Shown here piece by piece: positions 19,018 through 28,807 of a stretch of DNA of 64,000 nucleotides. Numbering within the stretch: the first letter of the stretch is position 1; each line of letters starts with the position of its first letter. The position numbers were made by a program, and so were the translations under genes. Source of the stretch: Pyrodictiaceae archaeon. Its GTDB lineage: Archaea > Thermoproteota > Thermoprotei_A > Sulfolobales > Pyrodictiaceae. The DNA lies in contig JALVSY010000007.1 of NCBI GenBank assembly GCA_027036135.1, forward strand, positions 612,880 through 676,879. The letters are read 5' to 3'. Under the pieces are notes generated by a model. It had not been told where the DNA came from, ran no database searches, and worked only from the letters and a program-made list of their open reading frames with translations.

Positions 19018-19887
19018 TCATAGTACCTCTTTTAGTAGTCTCGGTATATCGTATGGCATCTTGGCAACTGGTATACCTGCTTTGCGAAGCGCTTCTACCT
19101 TGTCCTGGTATGCCCCAGTACCCATAGATATTATCGCGCCGGCATGACCCATTCTCTTGCCCGGTGGGGCAGTCCTACCAGCAACGTAGGCTACTATTGG
19201 CTTGGTGAACCTGCCCTCGCGGTACATTGCGGCAACTCTTTCCTCCATGTCACCGCCTATCTCCCCTATCATCACGACTGCCTTGGTCTCGGGGTCTTTC
19301 TCCAGCATCTCTAGTGCCTCGACAAAGTCTAGGCCAACTATTGGGTCACCGCCAATACCTATTGCTACTGATTGTCCGATGCCCTCTCTTGTCATAGCTG
19401 CTGCTACTTCGTAGGTGAGTGTACCGCTCCTAGAGATTATTGCGACATTGCCTGGCTTGAAGGGTGATACTGGCATTATTCCTATCTTTATCCGCCCGGG
19501 CACTATTATGCCGGGGCAGTTTGGCCCTATTATCACTGTTCCCTTGGACTTGGCGTAGTTGACGAACCTCATCGTGTCGTGGACGGGTATATGCTCTGTT
19601 ATCACTACTACTAGTTTGAGCCCAGCATCTATCGCCTCATATACGGCATCTGGAGCGAACCGGGCAGGCACGAATACTATGCTGGCATCTGCTCCATGGT
19701 TCTTCACTGCCTCCTCAACGGTATCGTAGACGGGGACGCCGTGTACCTCTCTCCCGCCCTTACCAGGGGTTACGCCAGCAACTATCTTTGTGCCATAGTC
19801 TAGCATTAGCTTTGTATGGAAGCTTCCCTCCTTACCAGTTATACCTTGTACTATTACCCTTGTATCACGATCTATGAGTATAGCCAT
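19018..19887 (-). CDS. sucD: Succinyl-CoA synthetase alpha subunit
   Basis: [22 protein letters not shown] and RMGHAGAI motifs. Confidence 0.97.
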   Translation of the reverse strand: MAILIDRDTRVIVQGITGKEGSFHTKLMLDYGTKIVAGVTPGKGGREVHGVPVYDTVEEAVKNHGADASIVFVPARFAPDAVYEAIDAGLKLVVVITEHIPVHDTMRFVNYAKSKGTVIIGPNCPGIIVPGRIKIGIMPVSPFKPGNVAIISRSGTLTYEVAAAMTREGIGQSVAIGIGGDPIVGLDFVEALEMLEKDPETKAVVMIGEIGGDMEERVAAMYREGRFTKPIVAYVAGRTAPPGKRMGHAGAIISMGTGAYQDKVEALRKAGIPVAKMPYDIPRLLKEVL

Positions 19888-19892
19888 GGGGC

Positions 19893-21038
19893 TCACCTCT
19901 CTCGTGCAAGTTGTATAGCTTTGTCCGCGGCCTCTATGGGGTCTATGAAGGCCTCGAGGCCTGCTTCTCGCAAAATCCTTCGGCCTTCTTCCTCATTGGT
20001 TCCTGTGAGCCTTACAATTATGGGCTTCTTTTGCCCCACCTCCTTTATCGCTGCCACTATTCCTCTAGCTACCTCGTCGCACCTCGTTATGCCGCCGAAG
20101 ATGTTCATGAATATTACCTTTGCCTTGGGGAACTCATAGAGTATCTTTAGTGCCTCTTTCACACGCTCAGCTGACGCTCCTCCACCTATGTCGAGGAAGT
20201 TTGCCGGCTTTCCACCACGCTCGTAGACTAGGTCCATTGTGGCCATTGTGAGGCCTGCGCCGTTCCCGATGATTCCTACATCGCCGTCTAGCTCCACGAA
20301 GGCGAAGCCTAGGCGCTGTGCCTTGGCCTCTAGCTCTGTGTACTCACCTGTCTCGGCGGGGTCGCGCTTCGCTATCTCGGGGTGACGGAACAACGCGTTG
20401 TCGTCAATGATTATCTTTGCGTCAAGGGCTACGAGCCCGTCGCTGGTGACCGCTAAGGGGTTTATCTCGACAAGGTCGCCGTCATAGTCCACGAATATCT
20501 GGTACATAGCGAGCAGTATCCTCTCGAACACCTGGAGCCTCTTGCCGCTTAGCCCTAGCTTCTTACCGAGGCCGCGGGCCATGTATCCCCGCAGGCCTAT
20601 CCATGGATCAATATAGGTCCGGTGTATCTCCTCTGGCTTCTCCTTTGCAATCTCCTCTATATCAACACCGCCCAGTCTAGAGACGAGCACGACGGGGCGA
20701 CGATGAGCACGATCCATTGTTATGGATGCGTAGAGCTCGGCCTCGTGGGGAACAGCCTCCTCAACGAGCAAGATCTTGGGCAGGAGACCCTTTATCGGCT
20801 TATTGAATAGCTCCTCGGCTATCTTAGCAGCGTCCTCAACGGTTTTCGCTATCTTTATGCCACCGGCCTTGCCCCTACCGCCTACCAGGACTTGGCTCTT
20901 AATAGCGACTGGCGGCTCTATCTCATGCCTCTTTAACAACTCCTTTATGTCAGCGTCTCGTTCGAGGACAAAGCCGCGAGGAACCGGTATGCCATACTTA
21001 GCGAATATTCGTTTAGATTCATACTCGTAGAGCTTCAA
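19893..21038 (-). CDS. sucC: Succinyl-CoA synthetase beta subunit
   Basis: [31 protein letters not shown] and [10 protein letters not shown] motifs. Confidence 0.97.
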   Translation of the reverse strand: MKLYEYESKRIFAKYGIPVPRGFVLERDADIKELLKRHEIEPPVAIKSQVLVGGRGKAGGIKIAKTVEDAAKIAEELFNKPIKGLLPKILLVEEAVPHEAELYASITMDRAHRRPVVLVSRLGGVDIEEIAKEKPEEIHRTYIDPWIGLRGYMARGLGKKLGLSGKRLQVFERILLAMYQIFVDYDGDLVEINPLAVTSDGLVALDAKIIIDDNALFRHPEIAKRDPAETGEYTELEAKAQRLGFAFVELDGDVGIIGNGAGLTMATMDLVYERGGKPANFLDIGGGASAERVKEALKILYEFPKAKVIFMNIFGGITRCDEVARGIVAAIKEVGQKKPIIVRLTGTNEEEGRRILREAGLEAFIDPIEAADKAIQLARER

Positions 21039-21155
21039 GGAACAAAACCCACCTTACACGGGTTATCCATGAGCTACAAAAGGCCTTGGTAAAATAGAAA
21101 GTTTTTGCTAGAGGTAGTAAACTGGGTCTATTCGCGAGTAAAACCAATTTTGGTA

Positions 21156-21890
21156 TCACGAGGCTTGATTCTTATACGTCTGAGAAGCGTATACTTTCTC
21201 GCAGCTCTTCCATCCTAGTAGCACAAGGAGGCGTTGTACCTCCTTAACAGTGGCTTCTAGTTGCTCCATGGGCACCCTGGGTACACCAGCAGCCACTATT
21301 AGTACTCGTCTTGTAGTATCACGTATCATCGTGTAGCGGCTGTCCCGGTGCGGATAAAGGTGCATCACTACCCCACGAGAGTCAACCATTATGGGTACAC
21401 CGCTCTTTATTTTCTCCTCCCTGCCGCCTATCGGTAGGAATACCTCCTCTCCTCTAGAGAGCCTTATCTCGGCAGGAGGATGGAACGAGTCCATATCATA
21501 TATGCCGACAGGGACCATGTACTTTGCAGAGGCAATATTGCCAGCGTCCACGACGGGGTTTATACGCGGCCATCGTCCCCTCAGTGCTCTGCGTACAAGT
21601 GCTTCACTACTAGGCCTAGTCTTGGTCGGGTCAATTCCTATTCTCCAGTAGAAGTCCCTGTAGGCTCGTACAATTGGATCGTCTCGCAGTGATTCAAGGC
21701 TATATCTCTGCCTCAGGTATTGGAGTAGCTCCTCTACCTTACTGTCTAAGGCGCCTGGGTCCAGCTTGCTTACTGGCCTACCACAGGAAGCCGAGTACGC
21801 AACCATGATACCCATTTTAGCCGCGTCATCTCTTACTCGTAGAACTTTCTCTAAGCCGGTGCAAAGAGTGCTTAGACATTCCTCTCCCAA
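21156..21890 (-). CDS. Stand-alone B3/4 domain protein (PheRS editing domain-like)
   Basis: AYRDFYWRIGIDPTK.RPSSEALVRR, INPVVD.GN..S and YPHRDS motifs. Confidence 0.88.
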   Translation of the reverse strand: MGEECLSTLCTGLEKVLRVRDDAAKMGIMVAYSASCGRPVSKLDPGALDSKVEELLQYLRQRYSLESLRDDPIVRAYRDFYWRIGIDPTKTRPSSEALVRRALRGRWPRINPVVDAGNIASAKYMVPVGIYDMDSFHPPAEIRLSRGEEVFLPIGGREEKIKSGVPIMVDSRGVVMHLYPHRDSRYTMIRDTTRRVLIVAAGVPRVPMEQLEATVKEVQRLLVLLGWKSCEKVYASQTYKNQAS

Positions 21891-22054
21891 GGCAGCGGGC
21901 CCGTGGGGAAGAAGAGCATGTATGGTGGGCTAAATGCATGCTTACTACAAGGAGGAACCAGTTTAACCCTGTGAAGGCTGGGAGAGGCAGATGATTAGAG
22001 GAAATGGTAAAAAAGGTATGGGTTTAGGGGCTCCTTAGCTATATGTGTAGCCCC

Positions 22055-22282
22055 TTAGTGTATTAGTTGCCAGACGTTGCCCCATCCGCTCTGTATTCTG
22101 AATATGTCGCCATTGCCCGGTAGGCTAAATCCATAGTATCTTGGGTCTCCGTAACCGAAGGCGTAGTACTTGGGGTCGCCATAGCCTAGGGCTGCTACTA
22201 CTGCGGCTACGGCTGCTACTAGGGCTATCTTGGTCTTGGGATCCATTGCTAGGCGTGCGAGTATCTTCTTTAGAGTCTTCAC
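22055..22282 (-). CDS. 75-aa peptide with hydrophobic segment and tandem GYGDP(K/R)YY repeats
   Basis: GGTGA SD 6 nt before GTG, downstream T-tract, and repeats that differ mainly at synonymous sites. Confidence 0.8.
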   Translation of the reverse strand: MKTLKKILARLAMDPKTKIALVAAVAAVVAALGYGDPKYYAFGYGDPRYYGFSLPGNGDIFRIQSGWGNVWQLIH

Positions 22283-22460
22283 CCCTTCTCACCCTCAGGG
22301 ATTTCTTTTCTTGTCTCTTCGGCCTCTCGGCCATGTATAGAGTAGGGCTAGGTGATTGTGTCACGTCTTTGTAGATGAAAAGGCATATATTGAGAGCGTA
22401 TGAGCCGAGGCGATGAATTAATACCTTATAGGTGCCTTGAGAAGGCTCTAGGGCGGTTAA

Positions 22461-23378
22461 ATGAACCTAGTTGCCTTAGGCATTATGGCCGGTGTTGTAT
22501 TGCTACCAGTGCTGAGAGCCCTCGGTCTGCACAGGGAGGCCTCGGTCCATGCGTCACGGATTCTCATGATACTAGCATTTGTGGTTATATTTCTTGTCGG
22601 GGTATTAGCTGGCGGTGCTATTCGGGCACCGTTTCTTGCTCTAGGTGTTATATTACTCGGCTTAGCTATGTCGATTACGAGTATCTTGGCTAGCTTGTTG
22701 GCTGCGTCTCTGTTGCTAAGGCCGCGTAAGTGGAGCGAAGAGACGAATAAGGAATCTATGGTAGAGGCGAGCCTGGGTGAGACGTTTACTCCGCTCCGGG
22801 CACTTGCAGTGATGGCTCTTGGCTGGGCTCTGGGTCTCTTCTCGCCAAGTCTCTCAAAAGGAGTGTTGGAGCAGGCTCTCTATTACCTTGTCTCTGTCCT
22901 GGTATTTGTAGCTGTGCTCTCGGTCGCGGCTGAGATAGATACAGTGATTCAGAGCACTAGGCTCTTAGGCCTAGGAGCTCTACTAGGCGCACTAACTATG
23001 CTCTCGAGTGGTCTCGCTCTCCTAGTATTCTATCCCTTAACACACATAGAGCCACGAGTACTAGTCGCCATCGGAGCTGCTTCTGGCTGGTATAGCCTAG
23101 TAGGCCCATTACTTACTAACATCAACCCCGTGTATGGCGCTATGGGGTTCCTTGCCAATCTGTTCCGAGAGTCTCTACACATAATTCTCTACCCAGTGAT
23201 TTCTGCGAAGGGATTAGCATTGCCGGGAGTGGCGATGGGCGGCGCTACCTCCATGGATACCGGGTTGCCAGTCATATCCATCTATGGTGATAAGGAATCA
23301 ATGATAGCTGGCATGGTGCAGGGAGTAGTAATAACACTAACTGCTCCCGTAGTCTTATCGATTCTGCTCCCTAGCTAA
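22461..23378 (+). CDS. LysO/DUF340 family exporter
   Basis: GWYSL.G, FLANL.RE and GGATSMDT.LP motifs. Confidence 0.88.
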   Translation: MNLVALGIMAGVVLLPVLRALGLHREASVHASRILMILAFVVIFLVGVLAGGAIRAPFLALGVILLGLAMSITSILASLLAASLLLRPRKWSEETNKESMVEASLGETFTPLRALAVMALGWALGLFSPSLSKGVLEQALYYLVSVLVFVAVLSVAAEIDTVIQSTRLLGLGALLGALTMLSSGLALLVFYPLTHIEPRVLVAIGAASGWYSLVGPLLTNINPVYGAMGFLANLFRESLHIILYPVISAKGLALPGVAMGGATSMDTGLPVISIYGDKESMIAGMVQGVVITLTAPVVLSILLPS

Positions 23379-23450
23379 ACGAGCAATGCCTTGCGCGATG
23401 CGGATAAGGGGTATCGGGGAATTAGCTAGTTTGTAGCAGGGGCTGCCGTC

Positions 23451-23726
23451 GTGGGTGTTGATCTAGTCTTCGAGCTTCAATACCTGCTCAGCGATGTACT
23501 CGGGGAGGAAATAGTTGTCGAGGGCTATAGCTATAGCGATGAAGGTGTACTCTGCGTAGAGGCGAGGATTCGCGGAGAGCATAGAAGAGCTTGTATTGAG
23601 ATAAAGCAGTGCAAGGCTGTGAAGAGCCCCGGTAAGCGCGGGAAATGCATAGTAAGATTCCTATCATCAAACGAGAAGGCGTTGGAGGAGCTGCGCTCCA
23701 AGCTTGTAGGGGGCGGCAAGGCATGA
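23451..23726 (+). CDS. Small hypothetical protein
   Basis: 91 aa with 4 Cys. ATGA overlap with sua5. Confidence 0.65.
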   Translation: MGVDLVFELQYLLSDVLGEEIVVEGYSYSDEGVLCVEARIRGEHRRACIEIKQCKAVKSPGKRGKCIVRFLSSNEKALEELRSKLVGGGKA

Positions 23727-24385
23727 AGCCAATCATTATACGAATAGACCCTAGTAATCCCTCGGAGAACGAGCTACTGAGAGCAGCCCAGCTTGCTAGG
23801 GATGGAGGCCTAGTGGTCTATCCCACGGACACGGTCTATGGCCTAGGCACTAACCCGTTGATGCCTAGCGCTGTTACCCGGGTCTACCGCGTAAAGGAGA
23901 GACCCATGGATAAGCCACTACCAGTACTAGTATCGAGCATAGAGGCTGCGAAACGCCTAGTCGAGATAAGCCCCGTTGCCGAGTGCTTAGCTAGGAGCCT
24001 ATGGCCGGGAGCAGTAACACTCGTACTCCCAGCGAAACCTATTGCTCCAAGGGAGCTCCATGCAGGGACAGGGAGACTTGGCGTAAGGATGCCGAACCAT
24101 CAAGTAGCGCTAAGACTCATAGAGATGAGTGGAGGAGCACTTGTCGGCACTAGCGCGAATAAGCACGGAAGAGAGAGTCCCCGCACAGCAAGGGAGGTCA
24201 TTGAGCAACTAGACGGTGAGGTAGATGTGGTAGTTGACGCAGGCCCTGCCCCTGGCGGCAGGCCATCAACGGTGGTAGAGATACGAGGTGACGAGATAAG
24301 GCTCGTTCGTGAGGGGCCCGTAGGACTTGGCGCGATAAAACGGCTACTAGTGAAGTGCAGGCAAAGGGTGAGCGCACAAGGCTAA
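23723..24385 (+). CDS. sua5: L-threonylcarbamoyladenylate synthase (YrdC/TsaC domain)
   Basis: YPTDTVYGL, K.RP.DKPL, WPG..T, TSAN and PSTVV motifs. Confidence 0.92.
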   Translation: MKPIIIRIDPSNPSENELLRAAQLARDGGLVVYPTDTVYGLGTNPLMPSAVTRVYRVKERPMDKPLPVLVSSIEAAKRLVEISPVAECLARSLWPGAVTLVLPAKPIAPRELHAGTGRLGVRMPNHQVALRLIEMSGGALVGTSANKHGRESPRTAREVIEQLDGEVDVVVDAGPAPGGRPSTVVEIRGDEIRLVREGPVGLGAIKRLLVKCRQRVSAQG

Positions 24386-24426
24386 AATACACGGAGAATC
24401 TAGGTATTGAATATGGTTGGTTCTCC

Positions 24427-25227
24427 TTGTCTAGGGAACTAGCATTAACTTATCTATCAAGCATAAAGCAAACGGTACGTGAGGCCGAGATAACCGACTA
24501 TATTATGCCGATATGGCTTCCCTACTTGGCCAGTATCCTCGCAGTAATAGGAGGCCTCATTATCTTAGTTTACGCAATTATGCTTAACACGAGTATGCAT
24601 CCGCTACATCACATCTATTATGCTGGCCTACATCAAGTTGAGGTACAGGAAACCAACATTGCGATGGGCTTGGTAGCGCTAATGTCGATAGTAGCCCTAA
24701 TAGGCACTATAATAAATCTCTACGTTATATATAAGTGGATAGCTAGGAGAAATGGCCACTTCTCCCGAGTACAGCGCTTATACTCTGGCGTCATAAGCTT
24801 CCTAGAAGCACTCGGCGTAAGCGACCCCGAGATAGCGAGTATGAAGAACATAGCAGAGGAGGCCAGGTTCCGCGAGTCCGAGAAAAGCGCTGGTCTATGG
24901 CTAATACTTTATATAGTGCTAGGCTTCATAGCCTGGGCTTACATAATGCACTTCCTAACCCGGGACTTCGTGGAGCACGAGTACCGCGAGCAACTCTTCT
25001 TCAAGAACCTAGCCGAGATAGCGAAGAGGAGGAACCTAGTCCTAGAGTTGCCTCGGAGAACAGTACCGGATAGGAACACTGTGCTCTACTTAGTACTGAC
25101 AATAATAACGCTTGGCCTCTTCGGGCTCTACTGGATATACACAGTGACGAGGGACCCCAACGAGCATTTTCTAGAACACCGCGTATTCGAGCAAAGACTA
25201 GTAAGTGTGCTTGAATCAATGCTCTAG
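24427..25227 (+). CDS. DUF4234-like membrane protein
   Basis: LVLTIITLGLFGLYWIY...DPNEHF..H and RRN.HF.R motifs. Confidence 0.75.
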   Translation: MSRELALTYLSSIKQTVREAEITDYIMPIWLPYLASILAVIGGLIILVYAIMLNTSMHPLHHIYYAGLHQVEVQETNIAMGLVALMSIVALIGTIINLYVIYKWIARRNGHFSRVQRLYSGVISFLEALGVSDPEIASMKNIAEEARFRESEKSAGLWLILYIVLGFIAWAYIMHFLTRDFVEHEYREQLFFKNLAEIAKRRNLVLELPRRTVPDRNTVLYLVLTIITLGLFGLYWIYTVTRDPNEHFLEHRVFEQRLVSVLESML

Positions 25228-25235
25228 GGAGGGGC

Positions 25236-26243
25236 CTAGACTCCTCTCAAGAGCATGTGATATACTAGCCACTGGAGCGGCGCCGGGATATACCTATTGA
25301 AGCATAGCTCGCAGTAATCGCCCCGCCCCCGGTATTTTTCCGAGACACGGTTAAGCAGCTCCTCCTCTTCCCGGGAAAGGACTAGGCCAGCAGCCCGTGC
25401 CGCATCGGCTACATGCTTCTCCCTCCTAGCGCCAACTACTGGGATAGCACCGCGAGCCACTAGCCATGCTAGCGCAACAACAGCCTTGGATACTCCATGT
25501 CTCTTAGCTATGCTCTCTAGCACCTCCTGTAGCTCTCTATCTCGGGCGGCTCGCAGGAAGACCGGGTCCAGGGCCCTAGCAGCGTTATCGGGTCTCGTCT
25601 TGCCAGCAAGCGCGCCCTTAGCTAGAGGACCCCACGCCATGAGCTTTACGCCTAGCCTAGTCGCTGTGCCTACTAGCTTGTTCTCGGGGACACGGTGAGC
25701 AAGACTATAGTGGACCTGGTCAACCAGTATCTCGTATCGATGGAGACAATGAACGGCCTCCTCGAGGAGCCTCGAGCCGAAATTGCTGACCCCAATGCCC
25801 CATGTAAGTCCCTCATCTATTAATCTCTCGAGGAGCCTCGCAACCCTACACGCACTAAATGGCCAAGGAGGAGGCCAATGATAGAGAACTATGTCCGGTC
25901 TACGGCCAAGCCTACGAGAGGAACCCTCAACTGCTCTTCGGAACCCGGTCCACGTGACACGGTACCCCGCAATCTTCGTGACTATAATCGCTTCCTCCAG
26001 CGCCCCGTGACGGCGCAGCGCCTCGCCTAGGAGACGCTCGCTCCTACCATTACCGTATATCTCCGCTGTATCGAAGAGGTTGAGACCGTTCTCGAGAGCG
26101 GCGCCGACCACGCGGACAGCGTTGTCTGGGCTGTAGCGTCCCCAGAGCCTGCCACCAGCCTGCCAAAAACCGATACCGATAACGGGTACTCGGAGACTGC
26201 ATCTATGCCCGAGGCACGTCCTCCTAGGACTCTTCTTGCCCAA
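25236..26243 (-). CDS. Aldo/keto reductase
   Basis: FDTAEIYG.G.SE, HWP, IGVSNF and QVHYSL motifs. Confidence 0.92.
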   Translation of the reverse strand: MGKKSPRRTCLGHRCSLRVPVIGIGFWQAGGRLWGRYSPDNAVRVVGAALENGLNLFDTAEIYGNGRSERLLGEALRRHGALEEAIIVTKIAGYRVTWTGFRRAVEGSSRRLGRRPDIVLYHWPPPWPFSACRVARLLERLIDEGLTWGIGVSNFGSRLLEEAVHCLHRYEILVDQVHYSLAHRVPENKLVGTATRLGVKLMAWGPLAKGALAGKTRPDNAARALDPVFLRAARDRELQEVLESIAKRHGVSKAVVALAWLVARGAIPVVGARREKHVADAARAAGLVLSREEEELLNRVSEKYRGRGDYCELCFNRYIPAPLQWLVYHMLLRGV

Positions 26244-26270
26244 AACAAGGTGCCTCCACTGAGGCGTGTC

Positions 26271-26606
26271 CTAGCCTAGCTCGTGAATCTCTCTCCTAAT
26301 CTCCTCCGGCTCATAGGGCTCCGTGTCATAGCGTATATAGAACTCGTCGAACTCGCCGCGATAAGGCTCCCAGATAATAACGATCTTTTTAACCCTTGCC
26401 AGTGGCGGGCCCCGGTGAGCCCACTTTATAACCTCCCCAACTGCTTCCCTAGGGCCCTCAATAACAGCCTCAACGCTGCCATCGGGCATGTTGCGAACCC
26501 AGCCCTTTACCCCTAGGCTGTCAGCGACCTCCTTCATAGTAGCGCGGAAGAACACTCCCTGCACCCTGCCATATATGCGTAGATAAGCCCTGGCCATCTC
26601 GGTCAT
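26271..26606 (-). CDS. acyP: Acylphosphatase
   Basis: GRVQGVFFR and GWVRN.PDGSVE motifs. Confidence 0.95.
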   Translation of the reverse strand: MTEMARAYLRIYGRVQGVFFRATMKEVADSLGVKGWVRNMPDGSVEAVIEGPREAVGEVIKWAHRGPPLARVKKIVIIWEPYRGEFDEFYIRYDTEPYEPEEIRREIHELG

Positions 26607-26612
26607 GCTTAT

Positions 26613-26705
26613 TCACCTCGTTTCCTCGGCCTCCCTTCTAGCCATGTAATACTCTTCTACAATATACTCGGCGGTCTTGCCTAAATAGGCTTCCTCCCTA
26701 GACAA
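26613..26705 (-). CDS. Possible 30-aa micro-ORF upstream of acyP
   Basis: TTG start, MSREEAYLGKTAEYIVEEYYMARREAEETR*. Its TGA is part of the acyP GGTGA SD. Confidence 0.3.
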   Translation of the reverse strand: MSREEAYLGKTAEYIVEEYYMARREAEETR

Positions 26706-27466
26706 TTATGGGAGCACACATACTGCCTAGCCCTGGTGATCACCGAGCCATGTTTCTCAGCTACTGCCCTAACCAGGCCAAGGCCTAGCTCCACGATCCT
26801 TGAGCGACGAAAATGATTCCGAGCAAGGCCCCTAGCGGCATCAGCTCCGAGAAGCTCTATCGCGGCCTCACTCGGTGCCCGCAGCGTACCCGGCGCAGAA
26901 GCTAGGAGAGGCGGCCTAAACATGAACCCCTGACCAACTACTGCTACCGGGGTGTCTCCCCTCCTCCAATAGTGCGGCGAGTAGGCAAGCCAAGGCCATC
27001 TACGAAGAGCCTCTCCCCATCCCGTTGACCTGGTATCAAGTATCTCTTCGATAGCAATGCCTCCCACGAAGTATATGCCAGCGAGTCCCCTCTCTACCAG
27101 TTTTCGGGGCCTAGTAGCCAGGCCCGCGTAGTCCTCCTGGACAAGACCAGCAACGAATAACAAGACGTCGCCGCGCCCAAGGCTCCTTGGCAGTCTTCCG
27201 CGGGGGGCCCAGTAACCAGTATAGAAGCCCTTATCGAGCCTAGGATCATTGTGGAGAACAGGGCTATACCTAGCCATGTAGAAGGACAGTGGGCGGAGAC
27301 TACAGAGCGACAGGAGGCACCGTGGCCGAAGAAAGCATGGCACCCTCCTCATAGAGCTGGTCTCTGGTATGGGGATGAGGCTAACGCAGCCGCCTTGGTG
27401 AAGAACCGAGTACTGGCCACCATTAGAGGTGTCACTCCAGGCCCGGAGCACTAGGCTGCGTGCCAA
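26681..27466 (-). CDS. Nmad3-like (nucleotide-modification-associated) protein
   Basis: DTSNGG...LIPIPE...HNDP.L...L..GD.LLF.AGL pattern. Confidence 0.6.
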   Translation of the reverse strand: MARSLVLRAWSDTSNGGQYSVLHQGGCVSLIPIPETSSMRRVPCFLRPRCLLSLCSLRPLSFYMARYSPVLHNDPRLDKGFYTGYWAPRGRLPRSLGRGDVLLFVAGLVQEDYAGLATRPRKLVERGLAGIYFVGGIAIEEILDTRSTGWGEALRRWPWLAYSPHYWRRGDTPVAVVGQGFMFRPPLLASAPGTLRAPSEAAIELLGADAARGLARNHFRRSRIVELGLGLVRAVAEKHGSVITRARQYVCSHNCLGRKPI

Positions 27467-27620
27467 GACCCAGCTACCCTTCCAGTACTCCCTCTATATA
27501 ATCCTTCACAGAAACCACCACTATATCTGGTGAGAAGAGAGACTAGTTATTGGCAACGATTATGTCTGAAGCCATGTTTTTATCTAAGCACGTTAGTAGT
27601 TCTCTACTTGGCGTAAGGCT

Positions 27621-28772
27621 ATGCCCGAGGAACTCTACGAGAAAGAACACCTCTACCCCCCGGAAGAATACGTGAGAGTGGACGCTGATTCCCTAAAGGA
27701 GTTCGTCTCAAGCGTTTACCAGAAACTAGGCCTAAGAAAAGAATACGCCGACAGGATAGCCGATAACCTCGTCGCCGCAGACCTAATGGGTATCTCAAGT
27801 CACGGGGTTCAGAGAATAAGGAGGTATATCGGGGGCATCAGGGTAGGTTCCATAAACCTCAACCCACGCATAAGAATAGTAGCTGATGCTGGCGCAGCAG
27901 CCCTAGTTGACGGCGATAATGGCCCCGGCCAGGTAGTCGGGACCTATGCGATGAACCTAGCCATAGAGAAGGCAAAGAAGTATGGAGTGGGAGTCGTCTT
28001 CGTGAGGAGGAGCCATCACTACGGCATCGCTGGCTACTATGCCCTAATGGCTGTTGAGCACAACATGATAGGGGTCTCGATGACCAATGCTAGGCCCCTA
28101 GTAGCCTACGTGAACACACTAAGCAAGTACCTAGGCACAAACCCTATAGCAATAGCTGCTCCGAGGAGGAACCCGCCACCATTCCTCTTCGACGCCGCTA
28201 CGAGCACGGTCCCCGTAGGCAAGGTAGAGATATACGCGAAGACGGGGAAAAAGGTCCCGCACGGCTGGGCAGTAAGCCTCGAGGATGGAAGAGAGCTAAC
28301 AGGCGACGCGGCACCAATACTGGATGCGATAAAGAAGGGTAAAGCCGCCCTACTACCTCTCGGAGGACTCGGCGAGGAGACAGGCGGCCATAAGGGAACA
28401 GGGTTCGCATTAATAGTTGAGCTACTATCAGCCATAGTTAGTGGAGCCGCGTGGACGATACATGTGCGCAACACAACTGACCCCCAGCCAGCAAACGTGG
28501 GCCACTTCTTCATGGCAATAAACATAGGCGCACTAATGCCTCTAGAGGAGTTCTACGACAGGCTCGAGAAAATGATAGAGGAGATCAAGAACCTACCCAA
28601 GCACCCACAGGCAGATAGGATATGGATACCTGGAGAAAAAGCATGGCTCACAATGCAGACACGCAAGAAAATAGGCATACCACTACACCGCAACGTCTTC
28701 AATGACTTAAAGAAAGTCGCAGAGGAAGTAGGAGTACCCTTCACAGTGAAAGTGCTCAAAGAAACAGCATAA
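27621..28772 (+). CDS. Ldh2-family (malate/L-lactate/sulfolactate-type) oxidoreductase
   Basis: ADL.G..SHG, H.GIAGYY, GTNPIA, GGHKG.G and IPGE motifs. Confidence 0.92.
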   Translation: MPEELYEKEHLYPPEEYVRVDADSLKEFVSSVYQKLGLRKEYADRIADNLVAADLMGISSHGVQRIRRYIGGIRVGSINLNPRIRIVADAGAAALVDGDNGPGQVVGTYAMNLAIEKAKKYGVGVVFVRRSHHYGIAGYYALMAVEHNMIGVSMTNARPLVAYVNTLSKYLGTNPIAIAAPRRNPPPFLFDAATSTVPVGKVEIYAKTGKKVPHGWAVSLEDGRELTGDAAPILDAIKKGKAALLPLGGLGEETGGHKGTGFALIVELLSAIVSGAAWTIHVRNTTDPQPANVGHFFMAINIGALMPLEEFYDRLEKMIEEIKNLPKHPQADRIWIPGEKAWLTMQTRKKIGIPLHRNVFNDLKKVAEEVGVPFTVKVLKETA

Positions 28773-28807
28773 ACTATGTATCTCGTTTTAGGCTAACCAG
28801 CTAGTTC

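Noticed and set aside
22145-22190. GYGD repeats as potassium-channel selectivity filters
   Set aside because: No preceding T-x-T/TV, pore helix or flanking TM pair, and the peptide is far too short. Treated as coincidence.
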